The notes under the pieces were generated by a model. That model was not told where the DNA came from and ran no database searches. It saw only the letters and a program-made list of their open reading frames with translations. Shown one piece after another: positions 1 to 9,000 of a stretch of DNA of 64,000 nucleotides. Origin of the DNA: an uncultured Bacilli bacterium (GTDB taxonomy: Bacteria; Bacillota_I; Bacilli_A; RF39; UBA660); the NCBI GenBank assembly GCA_947629655.1, contig CANREL010000002.1, positions 157,340 to 221,339 on the forward strand, read 5' to 3'. Every line of letters begins with the position of its first letter. Within the stretch, counting starts at the first letter, position 1. The translations under genes and the position numbers were made by a program.

Positions 1-579
1 GTGATCAATGTTATCAAGTTCTAATATGTCATATGCTTCATCATTGCCAAGACTTTGAACTATTTGATTATTTAGATATAAATATTTAATTATATCTTTA
101 TTTTCTAAAAGGACTTCATCATCGATAAAAAAAGTCCCAATGACATCTTTACTCTTCAAAATACTAGTTATTTCTTCAATGTAATTAGTATCTTTTATCT
201 TAAATATAAAACTGACATTATTTATTTCCGGATTGCCATTAAAGATGTATTTATCAAAAATATTAGCAATGGATATAATTGGTGCAACTTTAGAAAAGAC
301 TAATAAATTATCACTGAATGATCCATATTTTTTCATCATCTTATAACTGGAATCAACATTGATAGAAGACCCACTAATTCCTGGTGTAATTGTCATATCA
401 GAAATAGTCGCATTGACTGCTTTTACTTCGTATATCGGACGACTACTTTCAATATTGTTCATAATTGGATCTAATTCTCTTATATACTCGATTGCCATTT
501 TAGTAATTCGAAAAGAAGTGATTGATAGAAACCCAAACAAAAAAATAGAAAAGAACTTCTTAAACATATACTTCACCAT
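1..579 (-). CDS. Membrane-anchored polysaccharide-deacetylase-like (NodB-homology) protein; N-terminal part only, gene runs off the window start
   Basis: Absent from the ORF track because it is open at the window edge. The reverse frame is open from ATG at 579 (alternative ATG 567; in-frame TAA at 580-582) down to base 1. Translation MVKYMFKKFFSIFLFGFLSITSF gives a TM anchor. The later block NVSFIFKIKDTNYIEEITSILKSKDVIGTFFIDDEVLLEN resembles the TFDDG...ATFF block of NodB deacetylases, but the DD pair is not conserved. Confidence 0.4.
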   Translation of the reverse strand, partial: MVKYMFKKFFSIFLFGFLSITSFRITKMAIEYIRELDPIMNNIESSRPIYEVKAVNATISDMTITPGISGSSINVDSSYKMMKKYGSFSDNLLVFSKVAPIISIANIFDKYIFNGNPEINNVSFIFKIKDTNYIEEITSILKSKDVIGTFFIDDEVLLENKDIIKYLYLNNQIVQSLGNDEAYDILELDNIDH

Positions 580-605
580 TTTAAGTATATGAACAAGTCC
601 ATTTT

Positions 606-2348
606 CTATTGCTTAAATTTTATTTTTTTACTTTTAATCTTCTCTTCACTATCTAAACGTCTCTCAATATCTTTAGCAGTCTTTTTCAAAAAAGAAGTTG
701 TTTTTTTATTGTGAAGAATGACGACTTGACTGATCTTTGAAAGTTTGTTTCTAGGAATTGTTTTAAATATTAAATCACTATCTGGTGATATTTGAGCTTC
801 GACAAGACGTGCTCTAAATGGTTCAAAAATAATGTTTAAATTATCCAAGTCATAATCATAGACCGATAGTGGATATTTAGTTAATAGTGCTAACCAATCT
901 GAAAAAATAAATTGTCCTTTTTCCCAACGCTTTTTTGTTGCTTCAACTGATAATTTTTGTGTAACTCTCTCATTATAATTACTGAATTCCGAAGAAATGA
1001 TATCATTTTTATCTTTATCCGCAAAAAAGATATTGTTATCAACACCAACTTTTAGAAAGAATTTTTCGCCATCAAATCTTATCGAAGTCTCAATCGCATG
1101 ACGAAGTTCATGATCAATCGCAATATCAAACAGATTATAAGTATCAGTAAAAGGGCATAGACAAGCGATACAAATTGGTGAATCAGTATTTATAACATCA
1201 TTTCGATCAATTGAACAAGAGTGACCATCAGCATCAATAATCGTATCAATCTCCACATCATCAATTCCCAACTCATAATCATTGATGATGCAAAGCGTTG
1301 CTATCTCGTGAGTGTATCTAGTGTATATGTCATCTTTTATATCCATTATTGGTTTTAAAAATTCTTGACTGGGAAGTAGACCATTGAAAAAGCCTAAATC
1401 TTTCCAATCACAAAAAAACTTTTTAATGTTAAAACGACTAGTATCGATACCGAGACGATTTAAATACTTGAATCGTTTTTCAACTATTTCCTCTTTTTCA
1501 TATTGAGAAACTTCTGGATCGAGTAACATATCAGTATATGCATCTAAGAAATAATCTAAATAACCATCTGAAAAACTGTAGGTTTCATCATCTTCTAATT
1601 CATCTTCAAAGTATAGTGGATAATCTCGTAACTTGCGATAGTCATAGTTATCATCACTCTCTAACTTTTCCCGATCTTCTTCACATAGATAATCTTTTAT
1701 CTTCAAAAAGAATTCTCTTTGATATTTATACGTTGATTCAGCAATTTTACTCTCTAACTCATCAGCATAATTTAAAAATTCATCATAATTGTTATCACAA
1801 TATTTATTTATATTTGCTTGAACGATTTTTAATACTTTTTTAAAAGTTTTAACATACTTAGCATAATTATCACTCTTCACATACTCTTCAACTGCTAAAT
1901 TAGGATCTTTCAAATTGAGTTTTTCAAGCATTTCTATTCTCTCTTTAAAAACGGGATCATTGATATCAACGTCATCATAGTCATCACTAAAAGCAAATAT
2001 ACCACTCAAATATAATTCTTTGACATCATCGAGATGAGGAAAAAGAGCTTTAGTTAAGGCACCAATATGATCATTTTCAAAAGTGAATCCTTCTTCATCA
2101 ACCCCAATTGCAGATATGTCGACACCAAGCTCTAAATAACTATTGATTATGGCACGCATGTAATCCTCATTAACTTTTTGTGATACATATTCAACTAAAT
2201 CAGAAGGCGTGACAAAAAAACAATATTTCATTCGATTTAAAGTACTAACTATGTGTTTTCGATACTTCTCTCCATATTGTTCAACGTAAGACTCTACCAA
2301 AATTGGATAGTTGTCTCTAATAATTTTTTCGAAATTTAAAAATTCCAT
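606..2348 (-). CDS. Hypothetical acidic cytoplasmic protein with HExxH zinc-metallopeptidase-like motif
   Basis: 580-aa ORF with no signal peptide or TM segment. It has a single HExxH (IAIDHELRHAIETS) followed about 40 aa later by NYNERVTQ, a possible third-ligand Glu. It starts 9 nt after the holA stop, which suggests co-transcription. No family recognised by eye. Confidence 0.5.
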   Translation of the reverse strand: MEFLNFEKIIRDNYPILVESYVEQYGEKYRKHIVSTLNRMKYCFFVTPSDLVEYVSQKVNEDYMRAIINSYLELGVDISAIGVDEEGFTFENDHIGALTKALFPHLDDVKELYLSGIFAFSDDYDDVDINDPVFKERIEMLEKLNLKDPNLAVEEYVKSDNYAKYVKTFKKVLKIVQANINKYCDNNYDEFLNYADELESKIAESTYKYQREFFLKIKDYLCEEDREKLESDDNYDYRKLRDYPLYFEDELEDDETYSFSDGYLDYFLDAYTDMLLDPEVSQYEKEEIVEKRFKYLNRLGIDTSRFNIKKFFCDWKDLGFFNGLLPSQEFLKPIMDIKDDIYTRYTHEIATLCIINDYELGIDDVEIDTIIDADGHSCSIDRNDVINTDSPICIACLCPFTDTYNLFDIAIDHELRHAIETSIRFDGEKFFLKVGVDNNIFFADKDKNDIISSEFSNYNERVTQKLSVEATKKRWEKGQFIFSDWLALLTKYPLSVYDYDLDNLNIIFEPFRARLVEAQISPDSDLIFKTIPRNKLSKISQVVILHNKKTTSFLKKTAKDIERRLDSEEKIKSKKIKFKQ

Positions 2349-2357
2349 AATCCCCCA

Positions 2358-3302
2358 CTACAAGCTATAAATAAAAATCTCAAAAGCCGCTATCGTACTC
2401 TTTCCTGTCTTCATAGCTATTTCCATATCATCCATGATACTGATATTTTTTAAAACATCTTTGATTGAATAATTATAACTATTATCTATTGCTTTTCTAA
2501 AGCGATAGGGATGAATTCCTAAAATAGATGCTACTTCATTATAATTATTATTGTTTTCTCTCAAAAGAATACGACCATTATAAATAATTCTAAATTGATC
2601 CGTTAGAAATGATAAAATTCCGTTTATGTCATCACCATTTTCTATTAATCTCTCATAAATAGTAATGGCTTTCTTGCGATTACGACTCAAAATCGCATCA
2701 CTTAATGAATAGACATTATCATTAAAACTCTTTAAAACGATCTCATCAATATCATCATAGTTGATAACTTTATCTTTGAACTTATAACTTTTTAATTTTT
2801 CTAATTCATTAATTATTTTACCATTGTCACTATTACAATAATCGATGAAATATTTGATGACTTTATCATCCATGGTATATCCATCAAGTCTTGACTTAAT
2901 AATTTTATTTATTGAAATATCCCCATCAACCGTAATAGCTCTTTTTTTCAATTCTTTGACGACACTTTTTCTTTCATCCAATTTATCACTAATAATTATT
3001 AAAACATTCTCATCACTCGGATTATTTAAATATTTAATTAAACTATCTGTGTTTTGATCAATAGCTCCTTTAGCTTTAACTGGTCCTAAAAAAGAACAAT
3101 TGTCACAGACAACAATCTTTTTATCAACTAAAAAATTATACGTATCTAAATCATTTATGACTTCATCAATAGATGTGACATTTAAATCATATTTGATGAC
3201 GTTTTCTTCTGTTGCCTCATGTTCTTTTAAAATATTATTTATATTTTCATTAATAACCACATAATCATTAGATGGAATTAAATAGATTGTATTCATGGAC
3301 AT
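2358..3302 (-). CDS. holA: DNA polymerase III delta subunit
   Basis: ORF-track 2358..3323; I prefer ATG at 3302 over TTG at 3323. Size is about 314 aa with no P-loop. The C-terminal helical block VYSLSDAILSRNRKKAITIYERLIENGDDINGILSFLTDQFRIIY matches the HolA/YqeN pattern. Confidence 0.6.
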   Translation of the reverse strand: MSMNTIYLIPSNDYVVINENINNILKEHEATEENVIKYDLNVTSIDEVINDLDTYNFLVDKKIVVCDNCSFLGPVKAKGAIDQNTDSLIKYLNNPSDENVLIIISDKLDERKSVVKELKKRAITVDGDISINKIIKSRLDGYTMDDKVIKYFIDYCNSDNGKIINELEKLKSYKFKDKVINYDDIDEIVLKSFNDNVYSLSDAILSRNRKKAITIYERLIENGDDINGILSFLTDQFRIIYNGRILLRENNNNYNEVASILGIHPYRFRKAIDNSYNYSIKDVLKNISIMDDMEIAMKTGKSTIAAFEIFIYSL

Positions 3303-3451
3303 CACCACAAAATAATTATACAACTTTTTAAAGTGATAATAAAGCCTAATATAGTTGTAAATATTTGTAATCTTTGAGTAAAAAACTAGTTATCATGACA
3401 AAAATATGATAGATTTAAAATTAGATTAAATTCATGTAGCTGGAGGTAGTT

Positions 3452-5305
3452 ATGAAACAGCTTGATAAAATAAATGATATTGATGATATAAAAAAATTAA
3501 ATTTATCTGAAAAAGAAGAATTATCAGAAGAGATAAGGACTTTTTTAATAAAAAAAGTGTCTAAGAATGGTGGACATTTAGCTTCTAATCTCGGAATTGT
3601 TGAATTGACAATCAGTTTATGTGATATCTTTGATTTTAAAAAAGATAAAATAATATTTGATGTTGGTCATCAGAGTTATGTCTATAAAATATTGACTGGT
3701 CGCAAAGACAAATTCGACACTTTGCGAAAATATAAGGGTTTGCGTGGATTTCCCTACAAAAAAGAAAGTCCCTATGACTATTTTGAAACCGGTCACAGCA
3801 GTACTTCCATAAGTGCCGCTATCGGCATGGCTCGTGCTCGCGATTTAAAGAAAGAAAATTATCACGTCATCGCCGTCATTGGTGATGGTGCAATATCGAG
3901 TGGCATGTCGCTAGAAGCTATTAACGACATCGGTTTTAAAAAGACAAAAATGATCATCGTTCTAAATGATAATGGTATGAGTATCTCTAGTAATGTCGGT
4001 GGAATATCCAGTTATTTGAGTCGACTTAGTATCAATGAAAAATACCTAAAGTTTAAAAATAAGATCAAATATTCTCTCGATGATACTAAATTAGGTCACT
4101 TTTCATACAAAGTATTATCGCGTATCAAAGATGGTATTAGACAAATTTTAGTACCCTCAAAATACTTTGAAGATATGGGTTTGACATACATTGGACCGAT
4201 TGATGGTCATAATATATCAGAGATTGAAAAAGTATTAAAACGTGCTAAAGAAATCAATAATCCTGTCATCATCCATGTCGTCACCAAAAAAGGTAAAGGT
4301 TACAAGTTAGCGGAAGAGACGCCTGAAGTCTATCATGGAGTTTCCTCATTTGATGAAAATATCGGTGTAACTTCTAGTGATAAAATGACTTACTCCAAAG
4401 AGTTTGGTCGAGTTATGAATGAACTAGCTAAAGAGGATGAACATATCGTTGCCATAACTGCTGCCATGCAAGATGGTGTCGGCCTAAAAGAATTTGCAAA
4501 AAACTATCCTCATCGCTATTTTGACGTCGGTATTTCTGAAGAACACGCTGTCACTTTAGCATCTGGTATGGCTACCATGGGTCTAAAACCTGTCTTCGCC
4601 GTCTACTCCACTTTTCTTCAAAGAGGCTTTGATCAAATAATTCACGACGTCTGCATGCAAAACTCCAACGTCATCTTTGCTATTGATCGTGCTGGTTTAG
4701 TCGGTGCTGATGGTGAGACTCACCAAGGTATTTTTGACCTCTCTTACTTATCAATCATTCCCAATATGGTCATCGTATCCCCAAAGTGCTTGAGTGATTT
4801 AGAACCTCTATTAAAATGGAGCATTCAAGAAAATTATCCAATCGCCATAAGATATCCTCGTGGTGGTGACTACATCGCTATGAAACCATTAAAAAAAGTA
4901 ACTTTAGGGCAATGGGAAACTATAAAAAAAGGCCAAAAATTGACGATTATCGCGACTGGTAAAATGGTTCAAAAAGCATATCAAATAATTGAAGAAGAAA
5001 ATTTAGATATAACTCTAATAAATGCTACTTTCATAAAACCATTAGATTTAAAAGTATTAAAAAAAATTGTCAAAAGACAGGATGACGTCCTAACTATTGA
5101 AGATAATTTAATAAATGGTGGACTTGGTCACAACATCTTACTAAAATTGAATGATTTAGGTTTTAAAAGAAAAATTAAAATATTAGGTTTCAACGATAAA
5201 TTCATTGAACAAGGTAATATTGATGAATTATATGATCAAGAACATCTCGATAATGAATCAATTAAAAAAGAAATTTATAAATTACTAAAGAAAAAGGAAA
5301 GATAG
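3452..5305 (+). CDS. dxs: 1-deoxy-D-xylulose-5-phosphate synthase
   Basis: 617 aa. Shows GGHLASNLGIVELT, the TPP-binding GDGAISSGMSLEAIN, and transketolase-like middle and C-terminal domains. GGAGG RBS lies 5 nt upstream. Confidence 0.95.
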   Translation: MKQLDKINDIDDIKKLNLSEKEELSEEIRTFLIKKVSKNGGHLASNLGIVELTISLCDIFDFKKDKIIFDVGHQSYVYKILTGRKDKFDTLRKYKGLRGFPYKKESPYDYFETGHSSTSISAAIGMARARDLKKENYHVIAVIGDGAISSGMSLEAINDIGFKKTKMIIVLNDNGMSISSNVGGISSYLSRLSINEKYLKFKNKIKYSLDDTKLGHFSYKVLSRIKDGIRQILVPSKYFEDMGLTYIGPIDGHNISEIEKVLKRAKEINNPVIIHVVTKKGKGYKLAEETPEVYHGVSSFDENIGVTSSDKMTYSKEFGRVMNELAKEDEHIVAITAAMQDGVGLKEFAKNYPHRYFDVGISEEHAVTLASGMATMGLKPVFAVYSTFLQRGFDQIIHDVCMQNSNVIFAIDRAGLVGADGETHQGIFDLSYLSIIPNMVIVSPKCLSDLEPLLKWSIQENYPIAIRYPRGGDYIAMKPLKKVTLGQWETIKKGQKLTIIATGKMVQKAYQIIEEENLDITLINATFIKPLDLKVLKKIVKRQDDVLTIEDNLINGGLGHNILLKLNDLGFKRKIKILGFNDKFIEQGNIDELYDQEHLDNESIKKEIYKLLKKKER

Positions 5306-5326
5306 TTTAATTATCTTTCCTTTTAT
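5294..5326. terminator. Bidirectional intrinsic terminator between dxs and the CotF-like gene
   Basis: Perfect 11-bp stem AAGGAAAGATA / TATCTTTCCTT with a 7-nt loop. It is flanked by an A-run and a T-run and overlaps the dxs stop codon. Confidence 0.7.
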
Positions 5327-5643
5327 TGAGCATCTAAAGATTGATATTCTTTTAACAACATATCAAATTTAGTATCAATTTTCGTCTTCTCTACTTCTTC
5401 TAATTGATACCAACCCTTTCTAAACATGACTTCATAAACTTCTCTTTGCAGATTCATGAGTTTTAAAAATATCTCTTGATAAGATTCAAATAAACTAGCA
5501 TTACTAGCTTCTGTCATCATGATGACATAATTCTTAACCATATCTTTTAAAGTCGTTAAAAGACATGTTATGTAATCTTTTTCATTCAAAGCCATACCTT
5601 CAGCTACTTCTACTTTAGGATTAGAAATTTTATTATTATTCAC
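5323..5643 (-). CDS. Spore coat protein F (CotF)-like domain protein
   Basis: 106 aa. NEKDYITCLLTTLKDMVKNYVIMMTEASNASLFESYQEIFLKLMNLQREVYEVMFRKGWY matches the Coat F domain pattern (TEAsN ... GWY). Confidence 0.7.
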   Translation of the reverse strand: MNNNKISNPKVEVAEGMALNEKDYITCLLTTLKDMVKNYVIMMTEASNASLFESYQEIFLKLMNLQREVYEVMFRKGWYQLEEVEKTKIDTKFDMLLKEYQSLDAQ

Positions 5644-5869
5644 TAGCAGGACCTCTACTTTCTAATATTTTTAAAATACTGTTCAAATTGTCATCAAATA
5701 GATTTGAAGCTTTTTCAAAAACATCTTTTATTTCTTGATCATTAACTAAGTTTTTATCATTATTAATCTTCTTCAAAGCACCATAATTCCATTCGAAACT
5801 ATCACTTAAATAATCTAAATCTTTTCCAGTAATGACATTACTAGGAACTTCTTCATAATTTAATTTCAT
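5636..5869 (-). CDS. Small protein co-transcribed with the CotF-like gene (YraE/YraG-type coat partner?)
   Basis: 77-aa ORF whose stop overlaps the CotF-like start by 8 nt. AGGAGAA RBS is present. No motif recognised beyond this context. Confidence 0.4.
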   Translation of the reverse strand: MKLNYEEVPSNVITGKDLDYLSDSFEWNYGALKKINNDKNLVNDQEIKDVFEKASNLFDDNLNSILKILESRGPASE

Positions 5870-5917
5870 ATAATTCTCCTTTCATATATATAATGGTCTA
5901 AAAAGAGAAAAATAATA

Positions 5918-5950
5918 CAAAAAAAATATAGATTACTCTATATTTTTTTA
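5918..5950 (-). terminator. Intrinsic terminator after the C39-like peptidase gene
   Basis: Stem AAAAATATAGA / TCTATATTTTT with loop TTAC and a T-run on the minus strand. Overlaps the stop codon. Confidence 0.55.
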
Positions 5951-6516
5951 TTAAATAATACACATTCACGACGATCGATTGGACCAAGTGCAAAATCTTT
6001 AACTGAATCAGATAAAAATCTCTTCATAGATACTTGACGATTGTAATGGAATGGTTTATTGAAGATGATCGTTACTTGTTTTTCATTGTCGTAATAAGTC
6101 TCTCCTAAATAGTAAGAATCCCATAAGTATACAAAGTTATCATCCATGGCTGTAATAATGGCAAAATGTTCATCTTTTTGGAAAGTTCTAAGTAAGACAC
6201 ATCCTCCTTCAGAAATACATTTCTTAATGGCATTGACATCAACTTGTCCCTTTTCTAAATGAACACAACTTATTCCGAAATTGTTGCGATTAGCATACTC
6301 CGTAATCCATCTCGTCATCTTGTTCATCGTCTCACGACTAGTACCACCTTCACTAATATTTCCCTCATCGTCATAGCAATTAACTGTATATATAGAAATA
6401 GCTCTTATCAATTCTGGTGGAACATTTTCACGATCGAATAAATAACTGATTGCATTTTGAAGAGCTACCGTTCCACAATCGAACTCTGTTATCTGAAATC
6501 TCAATGGTATTTTCAT
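5938..6516 (-). CDS. Stand-alone papain-like cysteine peptidase, C39-like family
   Basis: 192 aa with no signal peptide. Candidate catalytic Cys in FDCGTVALQNA; His/Asp in DEHFAIITAMDDNFVYLWDS. Order and spacing fit C39-type peptidases. The gene has its own flanking terminators. Confidence 0.45.
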   Translation of the reverse strand: MKIPLRFQITEFDCGTVALQNAISYLFDRENVPPELIRAISIYTVNCYDDEGNISEGGTSRETMNKMTRWITEYANRNNFGISCVHLEKGQVDVNAIKKCISEGGCVLLRTFQKDEHFAIITAMDDNFVYLWDSYYLGETYYDNEKQVTIIFNKPFHYNRQVSMKRFLSDSVKDFALGPIDRRECVLFNKKI

Positions 6517-6560
6517 ATTATCACCCTATCTATATAATAACATAAATCAAAACCAAAATT

Positions 6561-6590
6561 AAAAAATATGTAACAAAGTACATATTTTTT
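6561..6590 (-). terminator. Intrinsic terminator after the CPBP fusion gene
   Basis: Perfect stem AAAAAATATGTA / TACATATTTTTT with loop ACAAAG. Confidence 0.55.
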
Positions 6591-6594
6591 ACAC

Positions 6595-8916
6595 TTATTT
6601 AAACTCAATCGTTGTAAAGAACTGATAAACTCCATTATCAATTATGCCTTCTCCACTAGAAACCACCGTAATCAAATAGAAATCTCCTTTATAGATCAAA
6701 TATTCATTACCACAACGGAAATAGTCGTAATTGCCATAACTGACATGCGTACCAACATTATTCTGATATTTTTCTAACCATTTGTCACTATCAATCGTTT
6801 GAACTTCTAAAACTTTTCTATTGTTGTACTCCATGACTAATGACTCAATAGTCTCTTCAACTTTAAAATATTTCTTATTATAATCAAAAGAATATTTGCT
6901 AGAACTATAACGATATGATTCATCATCAATACTTTCTTCTTTGACAGGTATCTTATTATTAATACTGTTACTTATAAATTCACTGGAATCAAAGAAAGCT
7001 TTAGTATAAGTACTATTAAGTTTAAATTTTAAACGATATGTAGGTATGTGATTATCAGCATTGTCCTTTATCGCATCCCAAAATTCATGATTGCGATTAT
7101 CAGTTGGATCAAACTCAATATCCCCTACTAAATCTTTAATTGTCGTATTGTATTTATAGACTGTTTTTAAATTGGAATCAGCATAGATAATTTTATTTAC
7201 AGTATCTTCGACTAAATAGTAAACTTCTACTTCAATATAATCCCCATTTTCGAGATTGACTGTCTTGATATTACTATAAACTTTTAGACCATTATCTTCA
7301 CCATTATTCGTAGTGACACAAGTATAACGATGTTTACTTCCATCATAACTACAATTAGTTTTATAACTGACATTGACATCGACATATTGTAGATCTTTAT
7401 CCGTTCCAAAGATATCTTTAACAGACTTACTAATAACTTCTTTATCTATATATGTCGTAATCGGATTATCATTAATATTGTTTTCAGCTTCCTCAATCGA
7501 ATATCCATCAATGAAATCATTTTCTTCCAAATTGGATATCGCCAATAACAATTTCGTTTCATCACTGAGATTTTCATATTTAGAAGTTCCATTTATGTAA
7601 GTAAGTCCATATTCTTCCTGATAATCATTGGAAATCAATATCTTTTTATAGAGATCCTTAGTCAGTGAATCTAACTCAAACATCGACATGAAGATTGAAT
7701 AACAAAAAGTTATCGTCACTCCAAAACTGAAGCCGATTATAACTATTTTTGTCAAATTGTCTTTTTTATTATTTGCAAGGACTTCACCTTTTCGCAAAGC
7801 GATGACTTCACGCATCTTATTCTTGCGAAGTAAAAACAAGGCTAAACCGACAAAGACAAGAGCAAAAGCGACATTGGCCCAAGAATAATTAGAAATAGCT
7901 TCACCATAATCCGTAGCCATATCGACTACTTCTTTCGTGTAAAACATCGCAGGAACACTGACAGCTAAATCGTATAATCCATGCAAGATGGCACTCGTCC
8001 AAACACTTCCACTTCGCAAATACAAAGCTGAAAAGTAAAAACCGATGAAAGAAGCCGCAATTACCTGAATTAATACTCCTTCAAAAGATGCTCCCGTAAA
8101 CAAGTTGATAAAGTGAATCAATCCGAATAAAAGACTTGATAAAACGACAGATGTCCATATTCCCTTTTTATTATTTCCATATTTATCAATCAAGATATTT
8201 AGTGATAAACCACGCAATAAAAACTCTTCAAAAACACCGACAAATATGTATAAAAGAGCTATGGCCACAATATTGCCCAAAGATATGAATTCATACCCTT
8301 CAGCTAAATTGATAGCTAAAAATGCTGATGCTATATATATTATATAAATTATGAATGGTAGCGATACAATGATGGATTCACGCACATTGACTTTATTGCT
8401 ACTACTAAAAATTAAATTCTTTTTCTTACATACACATATTGCGAAAAAAATAAAAATTACAGCGATTAGTTCACCTAACATTTCCATTCCATAATCCAAA
8501 TGTGATAGATAATCAAATAGTGATGAAGCATTTAGAAAAGCCATTCCTGATATGATAATTGTCACAACGGCCATGATTGGATGTTTTTTTAAAACCGTTT
8601 TTAAAACGCCTTTCTCTTCATCACTTTCAATGAGAGACAAGACTATCCCTAGTATGCTCAAAACAAAATTTATGACTGTCAGAGCTAAAAACCCCGTCAT
8701 CGCAAATAATATCGTCGTATAGTATAAATGTTTTATCTTTTTGTCAAATAATATGAGAATGAATGGCGAAATCGTAATCATAAATCCAACTAAATCTAAC
8801 AGTACTGAAAATATACTACTATGATTTACTAAATCAGCGCCCAAATAAAAACAAAATACTAAAGAATTCAATATTGATATTATCGCTAGTATATTCTTTT
8901 TTATATTAAAACTCAT
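6595..8916 (-). CDS. CPBP (CAAX) family intramembrane glutamic protease fused to a large C-terminal extracytoplasmic domain
   Basis: 773 aa. The N-terminal ~400 aa are polytopic and carry the three CPBP motifs EEFLLRG, FGLIHF and HGLYDL. A final TM segment is followed by ~370 aa of soluble, Asn/Tyr/Asp-rich sequence with no recognisable family. Confidence 0.7.
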   Translation of the reverse strand: MSFNIKKNILAIISILNSLVFCFYLGADLVNHSSIFSVLLDLVGFMITISPFILILFDKKIKHLYYTTILFAMTGFLALTVINFVLSILGIVLSLIESDEEKGVLKTVLKKHPIMAVVTIIISGMAFLNASSLFDYLSHLDYGMEMLGELIAVIFIFFAICVCKKKNLIFSSSNKVNVRESIIVSLPFIIYIIYIASAFLAINLAEGYEFISLGNIVAIALLYIFVGVFEEFLLRGLSLNILIDKYGNNKKGIWTSVVLSSLLFGLIHFINLFTGASFEGVLIQVIAASFIGFYFSALYLRSGSVWTSAILHGLYDLAVSVPAMFYTKEVVDMATDYGEAISNYSWANVAFALVFVGLALFLLRKNKMREVIALRKGEVLANNKKDNLTKIVIIGFSFGVTITFCYSIFMSMFELDSLTKDLYKKILISNDYQEEYGLTYINGTSKYENLSDETKLLLAISNLEENDFIDGYSIEEAENNINDNPITTYIDKEVISKSVKDIFGTDKDLQYVDVNVSYKTNCSYDGSKHRYTCVTTNNGEDNGLKVYSNIKTVNLENGDYIEVEVYYLVEDTVNKIIYADSNLKTVYKYNTTIKDLVGDIEFDPTDNRNHEFWDAIKDNADNHIPTYRLKFKLNSTYTKAFFDSSEFISNSINNKIPVKEESIDDESYRYSSSKYSFDYNKKYFKVEETIESLVMEYNNRKVLEVQTIDSDKWLEKYQNNVGTHVSYGNYDYFRCGNEYLIYKGDFYLITVVSSGEGIIDNGVYQFFTTIEFK

Positions 8917-8965
8917 AATATCCTCCTACTTATAAAATAACATACTATTAGTCATTTGCAGCAAC

Positions 8966-9000
8966 AAAATAAAAAAGAAAATGTCAATTGACATCTTCTT
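8966..9000 (-). terminator. Intrinsic terminator after alaS
   Basis: Minus-strand hairpin AAGAAGATGTCA / TGACATTTTCTT (one mismatch) followed by TTTTTATTTT. Confidence 0.55.

Noticed and set aside
359-592. Plus-strand 77-aa ORF from the track
   Set aside because: It lies antisense to a longer minus-strand frame that stays open to the window edge and has a plausible TM anchor and NodB-like block. The plus ORF has no RBS and a hydrophobic low-complexity translation typical of AT-rich antisense frames.
3452-5305. Visibly higher GC and opposite orientation of dxs as a sign of horizontal transfer
   Set aside because: Highly conserved enzyme cores (also ruvB, alaS and thrS here) show the same local GC rise. 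The flanks have normal promoter and terminator structure and no mobility genes. Composition by eye is not enough to claim transfer.
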